Assembly: GCA_041581135.1 (NCBI GenBank)
Contig: JBFGCM010000002.1
Span: 7,307-71,306, forward strand
Source of the DNA: Acidimicrobiia bacterium
GTDB taxonomy: Bacteria > Actinomycetota > Acidimicrobiia > Spongiisociales > UBA5794
DNA length: 64,000 nucleotides
Direction: 5' to 3'
In this document: one piece after another, positions 25,117 to 35,158 of the stretch
How positions within the stretch are numbered: the first letter of the stretch is position 1
Layout of the letters: each line of letters starts with the position of its first letter
Position numbers and translations under genes: made by a program
The notes under the pieces: generated by a model
What the model saw: the letters and a program-made list of their open reading frames with translations, nothing else
Told to the model about the DNA's origin: nothing
The model's database searches: none

Positions 25117-25962
25117 TCACTGCCAGCCGACCGTATCCACCTCGGGCCGGCAGAGGTAGCCCGCGCCGTCCAGCGTGGCCTCCATCGCGGCTGCGACCGC
25201 ATCGGCGTGCACACGCCGCACGAACGCGAGCACCGCAGGGCCGGCGCCGCTCCATGCGGCATGGAGGGCACCACTGCGGGTGGCCACCTCCACCAGTTCC
25301 GCCGACAGTGGCACCAAGGCCGCCCGCGGCTCCTCGTGGAGCTCGTCGTGGGCTGCGGCTGACAGCAACGAGGCGTCGGCGGTGCGGAGCCCCTCGACCA
25401 GAAACACGGCCCTGGCGATGGAGCGAGCCGCAACCTCGTGGGGAACGGTGAGAGGCAACGCCTGCCGGGCCTCGGTGGTGGAGAGCTGGAGCTCGGGCAC
25501 GGCGACCACCATGGCAAGGTCCCCGTGAAACTCGAGCTGCGTGACGGTCCGGCCCGTCGCCGCCACGCAACCACCGAAGACGGCGGCCGCGGCATTGTCG
25601 GCATGACCCTCCAGCTCGGCGACGATGTCGAACAGCTGCATGGGGTCGGGACTCTGTCCGTTCGCCCGCATCGCCGCAGCTGCGGCGGCGACGCACACCG
25701 CGGCGCTGCTGCCCAGCCCACGGGCACGGGGAATGTCGCTCTCCACCTCTATGAGCAGTGGGCTCTCGGCGCCGGCGGCACGGGTAGCCGCCACCACGAC
25801 GTTGTGCTCGCCGATCTTCTCCTCGCGTCCGGCAGAGATCAGCTGCCACCGGTCATTGGGCGCCACGGTCACGCGGCAGCGCAGATCGAGCGCAACGGCG
25901 ACACAGTCGAAACCCGGTCCGAGGTTCGCCGACGACGCCGGCGCACTGGCGGCGGCGCTCAC
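25117..25962 (-). CDS. thrB: Homoserine kinase (GHMP kinase family)
   Basis: VSAAASAPASSANLGPGFDCVAVALDL...GLGSSAA. GTG at 25962. The upstream 100 codons of ORF 25117..26262 look non-coding. Confidence 0.75.
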   Translation of the reverse strand: MSAAASAPASSANLGPGFDCVAVALDLRCRVTVAPNDRWQLISAGREEKIGEHNVVVAATRAAGAESPLLIEVESDIPRARGLGSSAAVCVAAAAAAMRANGQSPDPMQLFDIVAELEGHADNAAAAVFGGCVAATGRTVTQLEFHGDLAMVVAVPELQLSTTEARQALPLTVPHEVAARSIARAVFLVEGLRTADASLLSAAAHDELHEEPRAALVPLSAELVEVATRSGALHAAWSGAGPAVLAFVRRVHADAVAAAMEATLDGAGYLCRPEVDTVGWQ

Positions 25963-26037
25963 CTTGTATGTCTGCTTGGGACCATGGCGCGCGGAGTCTA
26001 CGAGGCCGGACGCGTAGCATCGCTCCCTGGAGGGACC

Positions 26038-26943
26038 ATGGCCGCGATCCGAACCGAAGGCTTGACGAAGTTCTACGGCAAGACCGCGGGCATCGTCGAT
26101 CTCGACCTCGAGGTGGCGCCCGGGGAGATCTTCGGGTTCCTCGGTCCCAATGGAGCCGGCAAGAGCACGACCATCCGGTTGCTGATGGACTTCATCCGGC
26201 CCACCACCGGCCGCGCCGAAGTGTTGGGAAAAGACACCCGCACGCAGTCCGTCGAGATCCACCGCCGGGTGGGGTTCCTACCGGGGGAACTGTCGATGTA
26301 CCCCGGGCTCACCGGACACGAGCTGATCCGCTACTTCGCCGCGCTCCGCGACCTGCCGGATCTCTCACACGCCAAGGCCCTGGCCGCCCGCCTCGGCCTG
26401 GACCTCTCGCTGACGATCAAGTCCTACTCGTCTGGCAACCGGCAGAAGCTGGCCATCGTGCAGTGCCTCATGCACCGTCCAGAGGTCCTCATCATGGACG
26501 AACCGACCAACGCGCTCGATCCACTCATGCAGCTGGAGTTCCATGCGATGATGAAAGAGGCTCGGAACGAGGGCGCCACGCTGTTCTTGTCCTCCCACAT
26601 CCTGCCCGAGGTCGAGCGCATCGCGGACCGGGTGGCCATCGTGCGCGACGGCACGCTCGTGGCGCTGGAGACGGTCGAGGCGCTCCGTGCCAAGGCGGTC
26701 CGCCGCATCGAGCTCATGTTCGACGACCCGGTGCCGGCGGAACCCTTCGCTCGCCTGGCTGCCGTCAAAGAGATCAGCGCGGGCAACGGTGGCCGGTCAC
26801 TCACCCTCGCCGTCGAGGGGTCGCTCGACGAGGTCGTCAAGACGGCCGCCGCGTACACGGTGATCAACGTGGTGAGCGACCAGGGAGATCTCGAAGACGT
26901 GTTCCTGGCGTACTACGCGGCGGAGGGGTCCGATGCTGGATAG
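26038..26943 (+). CDS. ABC transporter ATP-binding protein
   Basis: ATG at 26038 after GGAGGGACC. Walker A GPNGAGKSTT, signature YSSGNRQKLAI, Walker B LIMDEP. Confidence 0.85.
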   Translation: MAAIRTEGLTKFYGKTAGIVDLDLEVAPGEIFGFLGPNGAGKSTTIRLLMDFIRPTTGRAEVLGKDTRTQSVEIHRRVGFLPGELSMYPGLTGHELIRYFAALRDLPDLSHAKALAARLGLDLSLTIKSYSSGNRQKLAIVQCLMHRPEVLIMDEPTNALDPLMQLEFHAMMKEARNEGATLFLSSHILPEVERIADRVAIVRDGTLVALETVEALRAKAVRRIELMFDDPVPAEPFARLAAVKEISAGNGGRSLTLAVEGSLDEVVKTAAAYTVINVVSDQGDLEDVFLAYYAAEGSDAG

Positions 26944-27739
26944 CGTCTACAAGAAGCTGCTCTTCGACAAGCGGCGCTCGGTGGTCGGATGGTCGGTGGG
27001 CATCGCCGCGCTGGCGCTCTTCTCCATCGCTTTCTGGCCGACCATTCGCGACCAGCAAGCCGACCTCCAAAGCCTCCTCGATGCGTTCCCCGAAGGGCTG
27101 CTGGGAGTGCTCGGCATCAGCGAGGTGGAGAGCCTGTTCACTCCGACCGGCTACATCAACAGCCGGCTGTTCTCCAACTTCGTCCCGATCCTCTACATCG
27201 TCTACGCGATCGGACTCGGAGCAGGCGCCACTGCGGGTGAAGAGGCCGACGGCACGCTCGATCTGCTGCTGGCTCAACCAGTTCCCCGCGACCGCATCGT
27301 CCTGGAGAAGCTCGCCGCGATGGCCACCCTGCTCGGCGTACTCGCCGTGGTGTTGAGCCTGGTGCTCTATGCCGGCGACATCGTCGTCGAACTCGATTTC
27401 AGCCTCGAGGGCCTGCTCGCCGCCAACGTCGGCGCTGTGTTGATCGCACTTCTCTTCGGGTCGTTCGCGTTGTGGATCGGGGCCTGGACCGGCAACCGTG
27501 GACTCACCGTGGGCGTGGCGGCCGCGGTGACGGTGACGATGTTCTTCGCCAATGGTTTGCTCCCGTTGGTGGAGACCTTGGAACCGTTCCAGGTGATCTC
27601 GCCGTTCGAGTGGTTCGTGGAACCCTTCCCACTGGCAAACGGGTTCCCCTGGGGCAGGTATGCCCTCCTCACCGGGTTCTCGGTGCTGTTCGCCGGGTTG
27701 GCGGTGTGGTCGTTTCGACGCCGAGACGTGGCCACCTGA
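26933..27739 (+). CDS. ABC-2 family permease
   Basis: 268-aa multi-TM protein. Its start overlaps the ATPase stop. Confidence 0.75.
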   Translation: MLDSVYKKLLFDKRRSVVGWSVGIAALALFSIAFWPTIRDQQADLQSLLDAFPEGLLGVLGISEVESLFTPTGYINSRLFSNFVPILYIVYAIGLGAGATAGEEADGTLDLLLAQPVPRDRIVLEKLAAMATLLGVLAVVLSLVLYAGDIVVELDFSLEGLLAANVGAVLIALLFGSFALWIGAWTGNRGLTVGVAAAVTVTMFFANGLLPLVETLEPFQVISPFEWFVEPFPLANGFPWGRYALLTGFSVLFAGLAVWSFRRRDVAT

Positions 27740-27745
27740 GCGGGG

Positions 27746-28540
27746 TCACACCTCGAGGAACCGCACCTCGTCACGTACCACCTGCCCACCGACCGACACG
27801 GAGTCCTCGTCCCAGCGCAGCCGGATCGTGGACGGATGTCCCAGCTCGTCACCCTGCTCGATCTTGAGAGCGCCGTCGTGCTCGCCGCGATGCCGCAGCG
27901 CCATGGCGAGCGCCACCGCGGCGCTGCCGGTGGCGGGATCTTCGTCGACACCCGCCGCCGGGGCGAAGAACCGAGCCTTGACGGCGCCGTTGTGCCGGGC
28001 GAACAGGAGCGTGCCGAAGTGCCGCGACAGTGGCTCCATCACCGGCCGGGCGTTGGCCACATCGTCGAAGTCGTCCACCTCGAGCAGTAGGTACTCCTTG
28101 GGGAGCCTCACCCACCATGCGTGGAGAGGCGGTGGTAGCTGAGCTTCTGCGGCGATGGCGGGTCCCTCCTCGGCTTCGGAGACCTCGGCGTGCGGGGAGA
28201 GGTCGATCCACGCCTCGTCCTCCTCCATGCGGATGGACACCTCACCTATCCCGCACCGCACACGATCGACGCCGCCGGGGCCGAGCGAGCTCATCACCCA
28301 CGCCGTACCGACCAGTGGGTGCCCGGCGAAGGGAAGCTCCATGACCGGCGTGAAGATCCGGACGAACGGTGGCTCGCCGGGCGGCCACTCGATGAACACG
28401 GACTCGGAGAACCCCAGATCTGCAGCGATCTGTTGCATCCCGTCGCCGTCGAGCTCGGTCAGGTCGTTGATCACGCCGAGCGCGTTGCCGCCGTCGCCGT
28501 CACGGGTGAACACGCGCAGCACATGGCATGGGCGAGGCAT
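27746..28540 (-). CDS. PhzF-family isomerase (phenazine biosynthesis-like protein)
   Basis: ...VRIFTPVMELPFAGHPLVGTAW... and the C-terminal half match the PhzF/diaminopimelate-epimerase-like fold. Confidence 0.7.
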   Translation of the reverse strand: MPRPCHVLRVFTRDGDGGNALGVINDLTELDGDGMQQIAADLGFSESVFIEWPPGEPPFVRIFTPVMELPFAGHPLVGTAWVMSSLGPGGVDRVRCGIGEVSIRMEEDEAWIDLSPHAEVSEAEEGPAIAAEAQLPPPLHAWWVRLPKEYLLLEVDDFDDVANARPVMEPLSRHFGTLLFARHNGAVKARFFAPAAGVDEDPATGSAAVALAMALRHRGEHDGALKIEQGDELGHPSTIRLRWDEDSVSVGGQVVRDEVRFLEV

Positions 28541-28584
28541 ACCGTCAATCTAACCCGCTGACGAGCAGCCGAGCGAGGGTCACT

Positions 28585-28812
28585 ATGGTCCGACCGATGG
28601 CAGAGATCCTCGGCCTCGACACCCTGCTCGCCCAGCTCATCCTCGCCGTCGGAGCGGCGATGGTGCTCGGCAACGGCTACGCCATCATCCAGAACCATCG
28701 CGGCAAGATGCCGGCGGAGGCCGCAGGAGCGTTTCGGCCTGCCCGGGCATGGTGGCTGCTGGCCGTGGGCCTGCTGATCGCCACGTGGGGCGTAGCCAGT
28801 CTCCTGACCTGA
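28585..28812 (+). CDS. Small two-TM membrane protein, hypothetical
   Basis: ATG at 28585 after GAGGGT. 75 aa, two hydrophobic helices. Confidence 0.35.
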   Translation: MVRPMAEILGLDTLLAQLILAVGAAMVLGNGYAIIQNHRGKMPAEAAGAFRPARAWWLLAVGLLIATWGVASLLT

Positions 28813-28832
28813 TCGCTACAATCACTGCCCCC

Positions 28833-28903
28833 GCGGATGTAGTTCAATGGTAGAACACAAGCTTCCCAAGCTTGGAATGGGGGTTCGATTCCCCTCATCC
28901 GCT
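28833..28903 (+). tRNA. tRNA-Gly (anticodon CCC)
   Basis: GCGGATGTAGTTCAATGGTAGAACACAAGCTTCCCAAGCTTGGAATGGGGGTTCGATTCCCCTCATCCGCT. Cloverleaf with anticodon loop TTCCCAA and T-loop GGTTCGATTCC. Confidence 0.9.
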
Positions 28904-29016
28904 CGCCAGCTCGCCGCTCTCGCAGCGCATCCGGCGCCTGCGGGCTCGATGACCCTGCCGGTGGGCTGTACCGCCATTCCAGGGTCTCGCGCCACCCGTC
29001 TGGCTACCATCCCGTC

Positions 29017-29577
29017 GTGATCTTTTCCGACCGCACCATCCGCGAGCAGATCGCCGGCGGTGCCATCCTCATCGACCCGTACGACCCGGCCATGGTGCAA
29101 CCGTCCAGCGTCGACATCCGTTGTGACGCGGTGTTCCGGGTCTTCGAGAACCACAAGTACCCGCTGATCGACCCGAAGGCTCCCCAGGAGGACCTGACCA
29201 CTTCCGTCGAGGCTCATCCCGAGGAGCCGTTCATCCTGCACCCGGGCGAGTTCGTGCTCGGGTCCACGCTCGAGACCATCGGCCTGGCCGACGACATCGT
29301 GGCGCGGCTCGAAGGCAAGTCGAGCCTGGGGCGGCTGGGCTTGCTGATCCATTCGACCGCCGGGTTCATCGACCCCGGCTTCAAGGGCCAGGTGACGCTG
29401 GAGCTGTCGAATGTGGCGAATCTCCCCATCGCCATCTACCCCGGGATGAAGATCGGTCAGATCTCGTTCTATCGGCTGAGTACCCCTGCGGAACACCCAT
29501 ACGGATCACCCGAGGCAGGATCGAAGTACCAGGGTCAGAGCGGTCCCACCCCGAGTAGGGTCCATCGGGATTTCTGA
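29017..29577 (+). CDS. dcd: dCTP deaminase (dUTPase superfamily)
   Basis: GTG start, then IFSDRTIRE...PSSVDIRCD...[26 protein letters not shown]. Confidence 0.85.
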   Translation: MIFSDRTIREQIAGGAILIDPYDPAMVQPSSVDIRCDAVFRVFENHKYPLIDPKAPQEDLTTSVEAHPEEPFILHPGEFVLGSTLETIGLADDIVARLEGKSSLGRLGLLIHSTAGFIDPGFKGQVTLELSNVANLPIAIYPGMKIGQISFYRLSTPAEHPYGSPEAGSKYQGQSGPTPSRVHRDF

Positions 29578-29697
29578 CTCACGCGACCAAAGCAAGGTAA
29601 CGGCCTCTCGGCGCGCCATCATCTCCCATGACACGGATGACTAGTCACTTCGTACTCGTAGCAACCACCCTTCCCAGCACGTGCCAGCCGTCGCACC

Positions 29698-31107
29698 ATG
29701 GGCACTCGTATGACTGAACTCCAACCCGACCGCGTCCGCCGCCCATGGATGTGGCCCGTCGCCCTGCTGTGGATCGGCCTGCTGGCCGCCGCCATCGTGT
29801 GGGGGGTCGACCGCTTCCAGACCGACATCTCAGAACGCGCCCAGGAGACGTTGCAGGCCAACGGCTTCGCCGGGCTCGACGTGGACGTCGACGGACGAGA
29901 CCTCCACGTGATGGGCGCCGATGCCGCGAACGAGGCTCGCATCGAGGCTCTGCTCGAGGATCTCGACGGAGTCCGCACGGTGGTGTTCGACGACGTGACC
30001 GCCGGCGGACCGACCACCACTCAGGCACCCAGCTCGGTAACCTCGACACAAGCGCCACCTCCCACCACCGAGCCACCACCGCAAACGACCACCACTGAGG
30101 CGCCGCCGGCATCCACCACCACCACCACGGCGGCGCCTCAGGTGGCTTTCGTGGAGGCCACCCTGCAGAACGGACTGTTCACGTTGCGCGGCGTGGTTCC
30201 CGACGAAGAGACCGCCACCGCGCTCGTCACCGCCGCCAACGTGGCCTACGCCCCGTTCGTGACGAACGAGCTGGCGATCGATCCCAACGTGCAACCCAAC
30301 CCGCTCCTGGCCGCCGCACCCGTCGGAATCGGGCTGATCCCGATGATCACCGAAGGCACCGTCCGCGTGGAGAGCGACGGTGTCGAGCTGTCCGGCGTCT
30401 CGCCGCAGGCCGAGTACTCGGCTGCGTTCGAGCAGACGATCGCCGCCGTCTTCGGCACCGCCAACGTCACCAGCGACATCGCGGTGACCAACCTGGCGCC
30501 GCCGCTGTTCGACGCCACCCGTACGGCAGGTCGCCTGGTGCTGTCCGGCAACATTCCGTCGGAGCGGTTCCGGGAGATCGTGGTCGGCGGCGCCGTCGCC
30601 GCATACGGAGCGGAGAACGTGGAAGACCAGATGGTGGTCCAGGACGGACTCTACGAGTCGTTCTGGATGTACACGATGCCAGGCGTGTTCCAACTGTTCG
30701 CTCCGTTCCCCGACTACAACATCCACGTCGAGAACGCCATCACGACCGGGGCGATGCAGAACGGCGCCAACTTCGCCTATGGCAGCGCTGAGCTGAGCGA
30801 GCAGACCCAAGCGGTGCTGACCGTCGCCGTCGCGCTGCTGTCTCGGGACCGCTCTCTCGGACTACGCGTCGAGGGCCACACCGATTCGGATGGTTCGTCG
30901 AGCTTCAACCAGGGTCTCAGCGAACGGCGCGCCGGCAACGCGGCCGCGTTCGTCATCGCCGCCGGTATCGATCCGTCCCGGGTGCTCGCGGTCGGGTTCG
31001 GCGAGGAACAGCCGATCGCCACCAACGCCACGGCGGAGGGACGAGCGCAGAACCGGCGGGTCGAGTTCTTCTTCGGTCCCGTTCAGCTGATCGTCGCCGA
31101 CCAGTAG
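29698..31107 (+). CDS. OmpA/MotB-domain peptidoglycan-associated protein with an N-terminal TM helix, Thr/Pro linker and BON-like repeats
   Basis: The C-terminal block ...SAELSEQTQAVLTVAVALLSRDRSLGLRVEGHTDSDGSSSFNQGLSERRAGNAAAFVIAAGIDPSRV is a canonical OmpA-like domain. Confidence 0.75.
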   Translation: MGTRMTELQPDRVRRPWMWPVALLWIGLLAAAIVWGVDRFQTDISERAQETLQANGFAGLDVDVDGRDLHVMGADAANEARIEALLEDLDGVRTVVFDDVTAGGPTTTQAPSSVTSTQAPPPTTEPPPQTTTTEAPPASTTTTTAAPQVAFVEATLQNGLFTLRGVVPDEETATALVTAANVAYAPFVTNELAIDPNVQPNPLLAAAPVGIGLIPMITEGTVRVESDGVELSGVSPQAEYSAAFEQTIAAVFGTANVTSDIAVTNLAPPLFDATRTAGRLVLSGNIPSERFREIVVGGAVAAYGAENVEDQMVVQDGLYESFWMYTMPGVFQLFAPFPDYNIHVENAITTGAMQNGANFAYGSAELSEQTQAVLTVAVALLSRDRSLGLRVEGHTDSDGSSSFNQGLSERRAGNAAAFVIAAGIDPSRVLAVGFGEEQPIATNATAEGRAQNRRVEFFFGPVQLIVADQ

Positions 31108-31152
31108 CCGCTCTCACCGGAACGGCGGCGGCGTTTCTGTCACAATCCGGCA

Positions 31153-32094
31153 ATGCGATACGTCGACGCCGCCACGCTGCAACGCACCCTCGACTTCGCC
31201 TCCCTCATGGATGCATTGCGCGAGGCCCATCGCGGTCAGGTGCCTCTGCTGGACCGAGCTCTTCTCGAACATGACAACCCGGCGGGGACCCGCGAGAGCT
31301 TCCTGATTCTGCCCGCGTGGTTGCCCGGCGAGGCATTCGGCATCAAGGTGGTCACCGTGCTGCCGCAGAACCCCACGGAATCGCACGGGTTGCCGGCGGT
31401 ACAAGCGGTGTACCAGCTCTTCGACGGGGCCACCGGAGAGCCCACCGTGACCATCGACGGGACGGCCATGACCTACTGGAAGACCGCCGCCGACTCCGGC
31501 TTGGCGGCGCGATACCTCGCCCGCAGCGACGCGACCAGGTTGCTGATGGTCGGTGCCGGTGCCCTGGCCCCCTACTTGGTGCGCGCCCACCTCACCGCCC
31601 GGCCCTCGTTGAGTGAGGTAGCGGTGTGGAACCGGACGCCGGACAAGGCGGCACTCCTGGCCTCCACGCTGCGCGAGTCCGGCATCGACACCGAGGCCAC
31701 CGAGGATCTTGCGGCCGCGGTGCGCTCCGCCGATGTCATCTCGTGCGCGACCGCCACCGGGACGCCCCTCGTGCACGGGGACTGGCTCCAGCCGGGCACC
31801 CACCTGGATCTGGTCGGGGGGTTCACTCCTGCGATGCGAGAGAGCGACGACGAGGCAGTGCGACGCGCCCGGGTGTTCTTCGACTCGGAGTGGTATGCCT
31901 CCGATCCAGGCGACATCTCGGCGCCGATGGAGTCCGGCATCCTGGCCCGGGAGGACATCCACGACCTGTTCGAGCTGTGCCGCGACGAGCATCCCGGCCG
32001 CACCTCCGCCGACGAGATCACCTTGTACAAGAACGGCGGCGGGGCCCACCTCGATCTGTTCACCGGCATGCACATCTTGCGACAAGTGGCTTGA
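31153..32094 (+). CDS. Ornithine cyclodeaminase / mu-crystallin family protein
   Basis: 313 aa with the Rossmann motif LLMVGAGALA and typical OCD family length and pattern. Confidence 0.7.
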   Translation: MRYVDAATLQRTLDFASLMDALREAHRGQVPLLDRALLEHDNPAGTRESFLILPAWLPGEAFGIKVVTVLPQNPTESHGLPAVQAVYQLFDGATGEPTVTIDGTAMTYWKTAADSGLAARYLARSDATRLLMVGAGALAPYLVRAHLTARPSLSEVAVWNRTPDKAALLASTLRESGIDTEATEDLAAAVRSADVISCATATGTPLVHGDWLQPGTHLDLVGGFTPAMRESDDEAVRRARVFFDSEWYASDPGDISAPMESGILAREDIHDLFELCRDEHPGRTSADEITLYKNGGGAHLDLFTGMHILRQVA

Positions 32095-32123
32095 GGGATC
32101 TTCGGCAGAGATAGGCTGGTTTC

Positions 32124-32660
32124 ATGTCCGGCGACCGATTGGTGCAACCGCTTCCCGGCTACCAGCGACGGCTGGGGCGGGCGTTGTGGATGATGCAAGA
32201 CACCCGCAGCCGCACCTTGGAGAGCCTCGCCGGGCTGTCGTCCGCTGTCATCGACGACGTGCCTCCCGGCGGGGACAACTCGATCGGCTCGCTGCTGTAC
32301 CACATGGCTGCCATCGAGCTCGACTGGCTGTTCGTCGACATCCTGGAGAAGGAGTTTCCCCGCTGGGCACATGAGGTGTTCCCCGACGACGTGCGCACCG
32401 ACGACGGTGCGCTCGCCGTAATCGTCGGCGTGAGCCTCGAAGAACACCTCCATCGGCTCGCCCAGGTGCGTGAGCAGTTCCTGGAGGGGGTGCGCGACCT
32501 CAGCGACGACGAGTACCAACGGTCCCGGGTGGTCGACGGTCGGCCGGTGACTGCGGAGTGGGTGATCCACCACCTCTGCCAGCACGAGGCCGAGCACCGG
32601 GGCCAGATCCAGACCATCCGCAGTGCGCTGGAAGCCACCAGAAGCACTCCCGGCGGCTGA
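32124..32660 (+). CDS. DinB_2/DUF664 family protein
   Basis: SIGSLLYHMAAIELDWL...HHLCQHEAEHRGQI, the His-triad DinB-like bundle. Confidence 0.6.
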   Translation: MSGDRLVQPLPGYQRRLGRALWMMQDTRSRTLESLAGLSSAVIDDVPPGGDNSIGSLLYHMAAIELDWLFVDILEKEFPRWAHEVFPDDVRTDDGALAVIVGVSLEEHLHRLAQVREQFLEGVRDLSDDEYQRSRVVDGRPVTAEWVIHHLCQHEAEHRGQIQTIRSALEATRSTPGG

Positions 32661-32662
32661 GG

Positions 32663-32902
32663 ATGGGACGATCGCGGCCCGTCCAGCCCATGCCGGACGA
32701 TGTGCTGGCCGCGCTGCGCGACCGTGGCGTGTTGGCGGACTACGACGCCCGTCCGTTCTACCAACGCAACGACTACCTCTCGTGGATCGGCCGCGCCAAG
32801 CGGGACGACACGAGACGCAAGCGAATCGCCCAGATGCTCGACGAGTTGGAGCAGGGCGGCCTGTACATGCGCATGGAGCATCCACCTAGCCGCAAGGCGT
32901 GA
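32663..32902 (+). CDS. YdeI/OmpD-associated (DUF1801-like) small protein
   Basis: 79 aa, ...DARPFYQRNDYLSWIGRAKRDDTRRKRIAQMLDEL. Confidence 0.5.
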   Translation: MGRSRPVQPMPDDVLAALRDRGVLADYDARPFYQRNDYLSWIGRAKRDDTRRKRIAQMLDELEQGGLYMRMEHPPSRKA

Positions 32903-32972
32903 CCAGAATCCATGCGGATCGAGGCCACACGGCGGTCCGGCATGCCATACGCTTGAGGTGCCGCCCCCACTC

Positions 32973-33590
32973 ATGGAGGTCGAGTTGCCCAATCGTCGTC
33001 ATCGCTGCCGGTCGGCCGTGGCGTTGGGCGCGCTGCTCCTGATCGTCACGGCCTGCGGACCCTCGGGGTCGGGCAATCTGGTGACCGAGCACCGCGACGT
33101 TGCTCCATTCACGGCGATCTCGGTGAGTGAGGGCATCGAGGTGGAGCTGGTGGTCGATCCCACCGAGTCCCCCACCGTCGCCGTCACGTTCGACGACAAC
33201 CTGCTCGAACGGGTGGTCACCGAAGTGCGCGGCGGCACGCTGTTCGTCGAGTTCGCCGGCTCCGTCCGGATCATCGGCGGCGGCCGCAATGTCCGGGTCA
33301 CCGCCCAGAGTCTCCACGACATCGAGGTGAGTGGCGGCGCCGCGCTCATCGGCACCGGAGCCGCCAACTCCTACCGACTGAGCGCCTCGGGAGGTTCGAG
33401 CGTCGACCTGAGAGCCCTGACTGCGGCCGACGTGGAGATGGACGCCAGCGGCGGGTCCAGCGTCGTGGTGTACGCCTCGGCATCGGCACAGGGCGACGCC
33501 TCCGGCGGATCCAGCATCACCGTGTACGGCGAACCGCCTCAGGTGAACATCGACACCAGCGGGGGCTCAGGCGTCGACGTCGCCGAGTGA
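32973..33590 (+). CDS. Lipoprotein with a DUF2807/GIN-like beta-helical domain
   Basis: Signal peptide + lipobox (LLLIVTACG), then repetitive SGG(S/A)...V(D/E) beta-solenoid-like segments. Confidence 0.6.
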   Translation: MEVELPNRRHRCRSAVALGALLLIVTACGPSGSGNLVTEHRDVAPFTAISVSEGIEVELVVDPTESPTVAVTFDDNLLERVVTEVRGGTLFVEFAGSVRIIGGGRNVRVTAQSLHDIEVSGGAALIGTGAANSYRLSASGGSSVDLRALTAADVEMDASGGSSVVVYASASAQGDASGGSSITVYGEPPQVNIDTSGGSGVDVAE

Positions 33591-34316
33591 GCTACTCGAG
33601 CCCTTCGAAGCCAACGCACCGGTGCCTTCGGCGAGCCACTCCGCCAGCTGATCACGAGGTGGGCTCAACAAGACGCCATCCTTGACGAAGAAGGCACGAT
33701 CGACCCAGTCCAGCGCCGCAGGATCGTGACTCGCCATCACCACCGCGGTGCCGTTGTGCGCCACCTTCTGGAGGAGGCCCAGCACCCCGGCGCCGGTGCC
33801 CGTGTCCAGTTCTCCGGTGGGCTCGTCTGCGATGAGATACGCGGGGGCATGCACGAGGGCACGGGCGATCGACACCCGCTGCTGCTCGCCACCCGACAGC
33901 TCGTCGGGACGGTGCTTGGCGCGTCCGTCCAGCTCCACGGCGTTCAACGCGGCATGAACCCGATCACGTGAGCCCTTGCCTCCGGAACCGAGCAGCCGCA
34001 GCGCCACCTCGACGTTCTCCGCAGCGGACAACAACGGCAGCAACGAAGCCGACTGGAACACGAAGCCGAGCTTGGTCCGTCGCACCTTGGCGGCGGCACG
34101 CTCGCCGAGGTGATCGACCCGCTCGCCATCGATCCACACCTCTCCGCTGTCGGGTTCCATCAACAACCCGAGCATGTGGAGCATCGACGTCTTCCCCGAC
34201 CCGGACTGGCCGAACAGCGCCACGTACTCCCCCGGCTGGACGCGCATGCTCACGTCGAGGGCACCAACCGCACCGTGCGGATAGCGCTTGGTGACGGATC
34301 GCAGCTCGGCGCTCAT
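33567..34316 (-). CDS. ABC transporter ATP-binding protein (MacB/LolD-type ATPase 2)
   Basis: Walker A GQSGSGKTS, signature LSGGEQQRVSIA, Walker B LIADEPTGELD. Confidence 0.85.
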   Translation of the reverse strand: MSAELRSVTKRYPHGAVGALDVSMRVQPGEYVALFGQSGSGKTSMLHMLGLLMEPDSGEVWIDGERVDHLGERAAAKVRRTKLGFVFQSASLLPLLSAAENVEVALRLLGSGGKGSRDRVHAALNAVELDGRAKHRPDELSGGEQQRVSIARALVHAPAYLIADEPTGELDTGTGAGVLGLLQKVAHNGTAVVMASHDPAALDWVDRAFFVKDGVLLSPPRDQLAEWLAEGTGALASKGSSSSLGDVDA

Positions 34317-35158
34317 GGGGCCTCCCCATCGTGCTCGCTGCCACGGAGAAGAATCCCGTCTTCGGTGAGCTCGGCGTGAGCCCGCTCGTAGATGCCTGCG
34401 GCCAGCAGCATGTCGCGCGGGATGCGCACCGATCCGGCAGAATCCACGGCGAGCAACTCGCGCGTCATGCCGCGCTGGGTCTCGGTGAGCACCCGCCCGT
34501 CGGCGAGCCTGACCACCCGATCACTCCGGTTGGCGAGGGCAACCTCGTGAGTCACCACGAGCACGCTCAGCCCGCCGTCATGACAGAGCCGTCGCAGCAG
34601 TTCGTAGATCTCCAACGAGGTCTCGGTGTCCAGCTCCCCGGTCGGCTCATCGGCCAGCAGCAACCTGGGCGCCATCGCGAGGGCGACACACAACGCCAGG
34701 CGCTGCTGCTCGCCCCCGGAGAGATCGTGCACGGTGGCGAACGCATGGTTCCGCATGCCGGTGGCTTCGAGCAGCGCCAGCGCACGTTGGCGGCGTTTGC
34801 GCCTACCCACCCCAGCGAGCAGCATCGGCAGCTCGACGTTGGCGATCGCCTTCAGATACGGAAGCAGGTTCCGGGTGAAGTCCTGCCAGAGGAACCCCAC
34901 CGAGCCGCGGTAGTGCCGGGTGAGACCCGCCTGGGTCATCTCGGTGAGATCGGCACCGGACACCATGACCTGCCCCGCAGACGGCAGCTCCAAGCCGGCG
35001 AGGATCTTGAGCAACGTCGACTTGCCGGCACCGGACTTGCCCACCACCGACACGAACTCGCCCACTTCCATGGTGAAGTCGAGTCCCTGCAGGGCGACCA
35101 CCTCCAGCGCCCCCTGCTTGTGGATCTTGATGAGGTTGCTGCACTCGATGATCGGCAT
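34313..35158 (-). CDS. ABC transporter ATP-binding protein (MacB/LolD-type ATPase 1)
   Basis: Walker A GKSGAGKST, signature LSGGEQQRLAL, Walker B LLADEPTGELD. Confidence 0.85.
   Translation of the reverse strand: MPIIECSNLIKIHKQGALEVVALQGLDFTMEVGEFVSVVGKSGAGKSTLLKILAGLELPSAGQVMVSGADLTEMTQAGLTRHYRGSVGFLWQDFTRNLLPYLKAIANVELPMLLAGVGRRKRRQRALALLEATGMRNHAFATVHDLSGGEQQRLALCVALAMAPRLLLADEPTGELDTETSLEIYELLRRLCHDGGLSVLVVTHEVALANRSDRVVRLADGRVLTETQRGMTRELLAVDSAGSVRIPRDMLLAAGIYERAHAELTEDGILLRGSEHDGEAP

Noticed and set aside
24642-25849. ORFs 24642..25451 (+), 24867..25727 (-) and 24980..25849 (-)
   Set aside because: These are arginine-rich artefacts overlapping thrB and the bS22 locus in wrong frames.
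28677-29496. ORFs 28677..28898 (-) and 28822..29496 (-) overlapping the tRNA-Gly locus
   Set aside because: They span a clear tRNA gene and are antisense to dcd. No coding signal.
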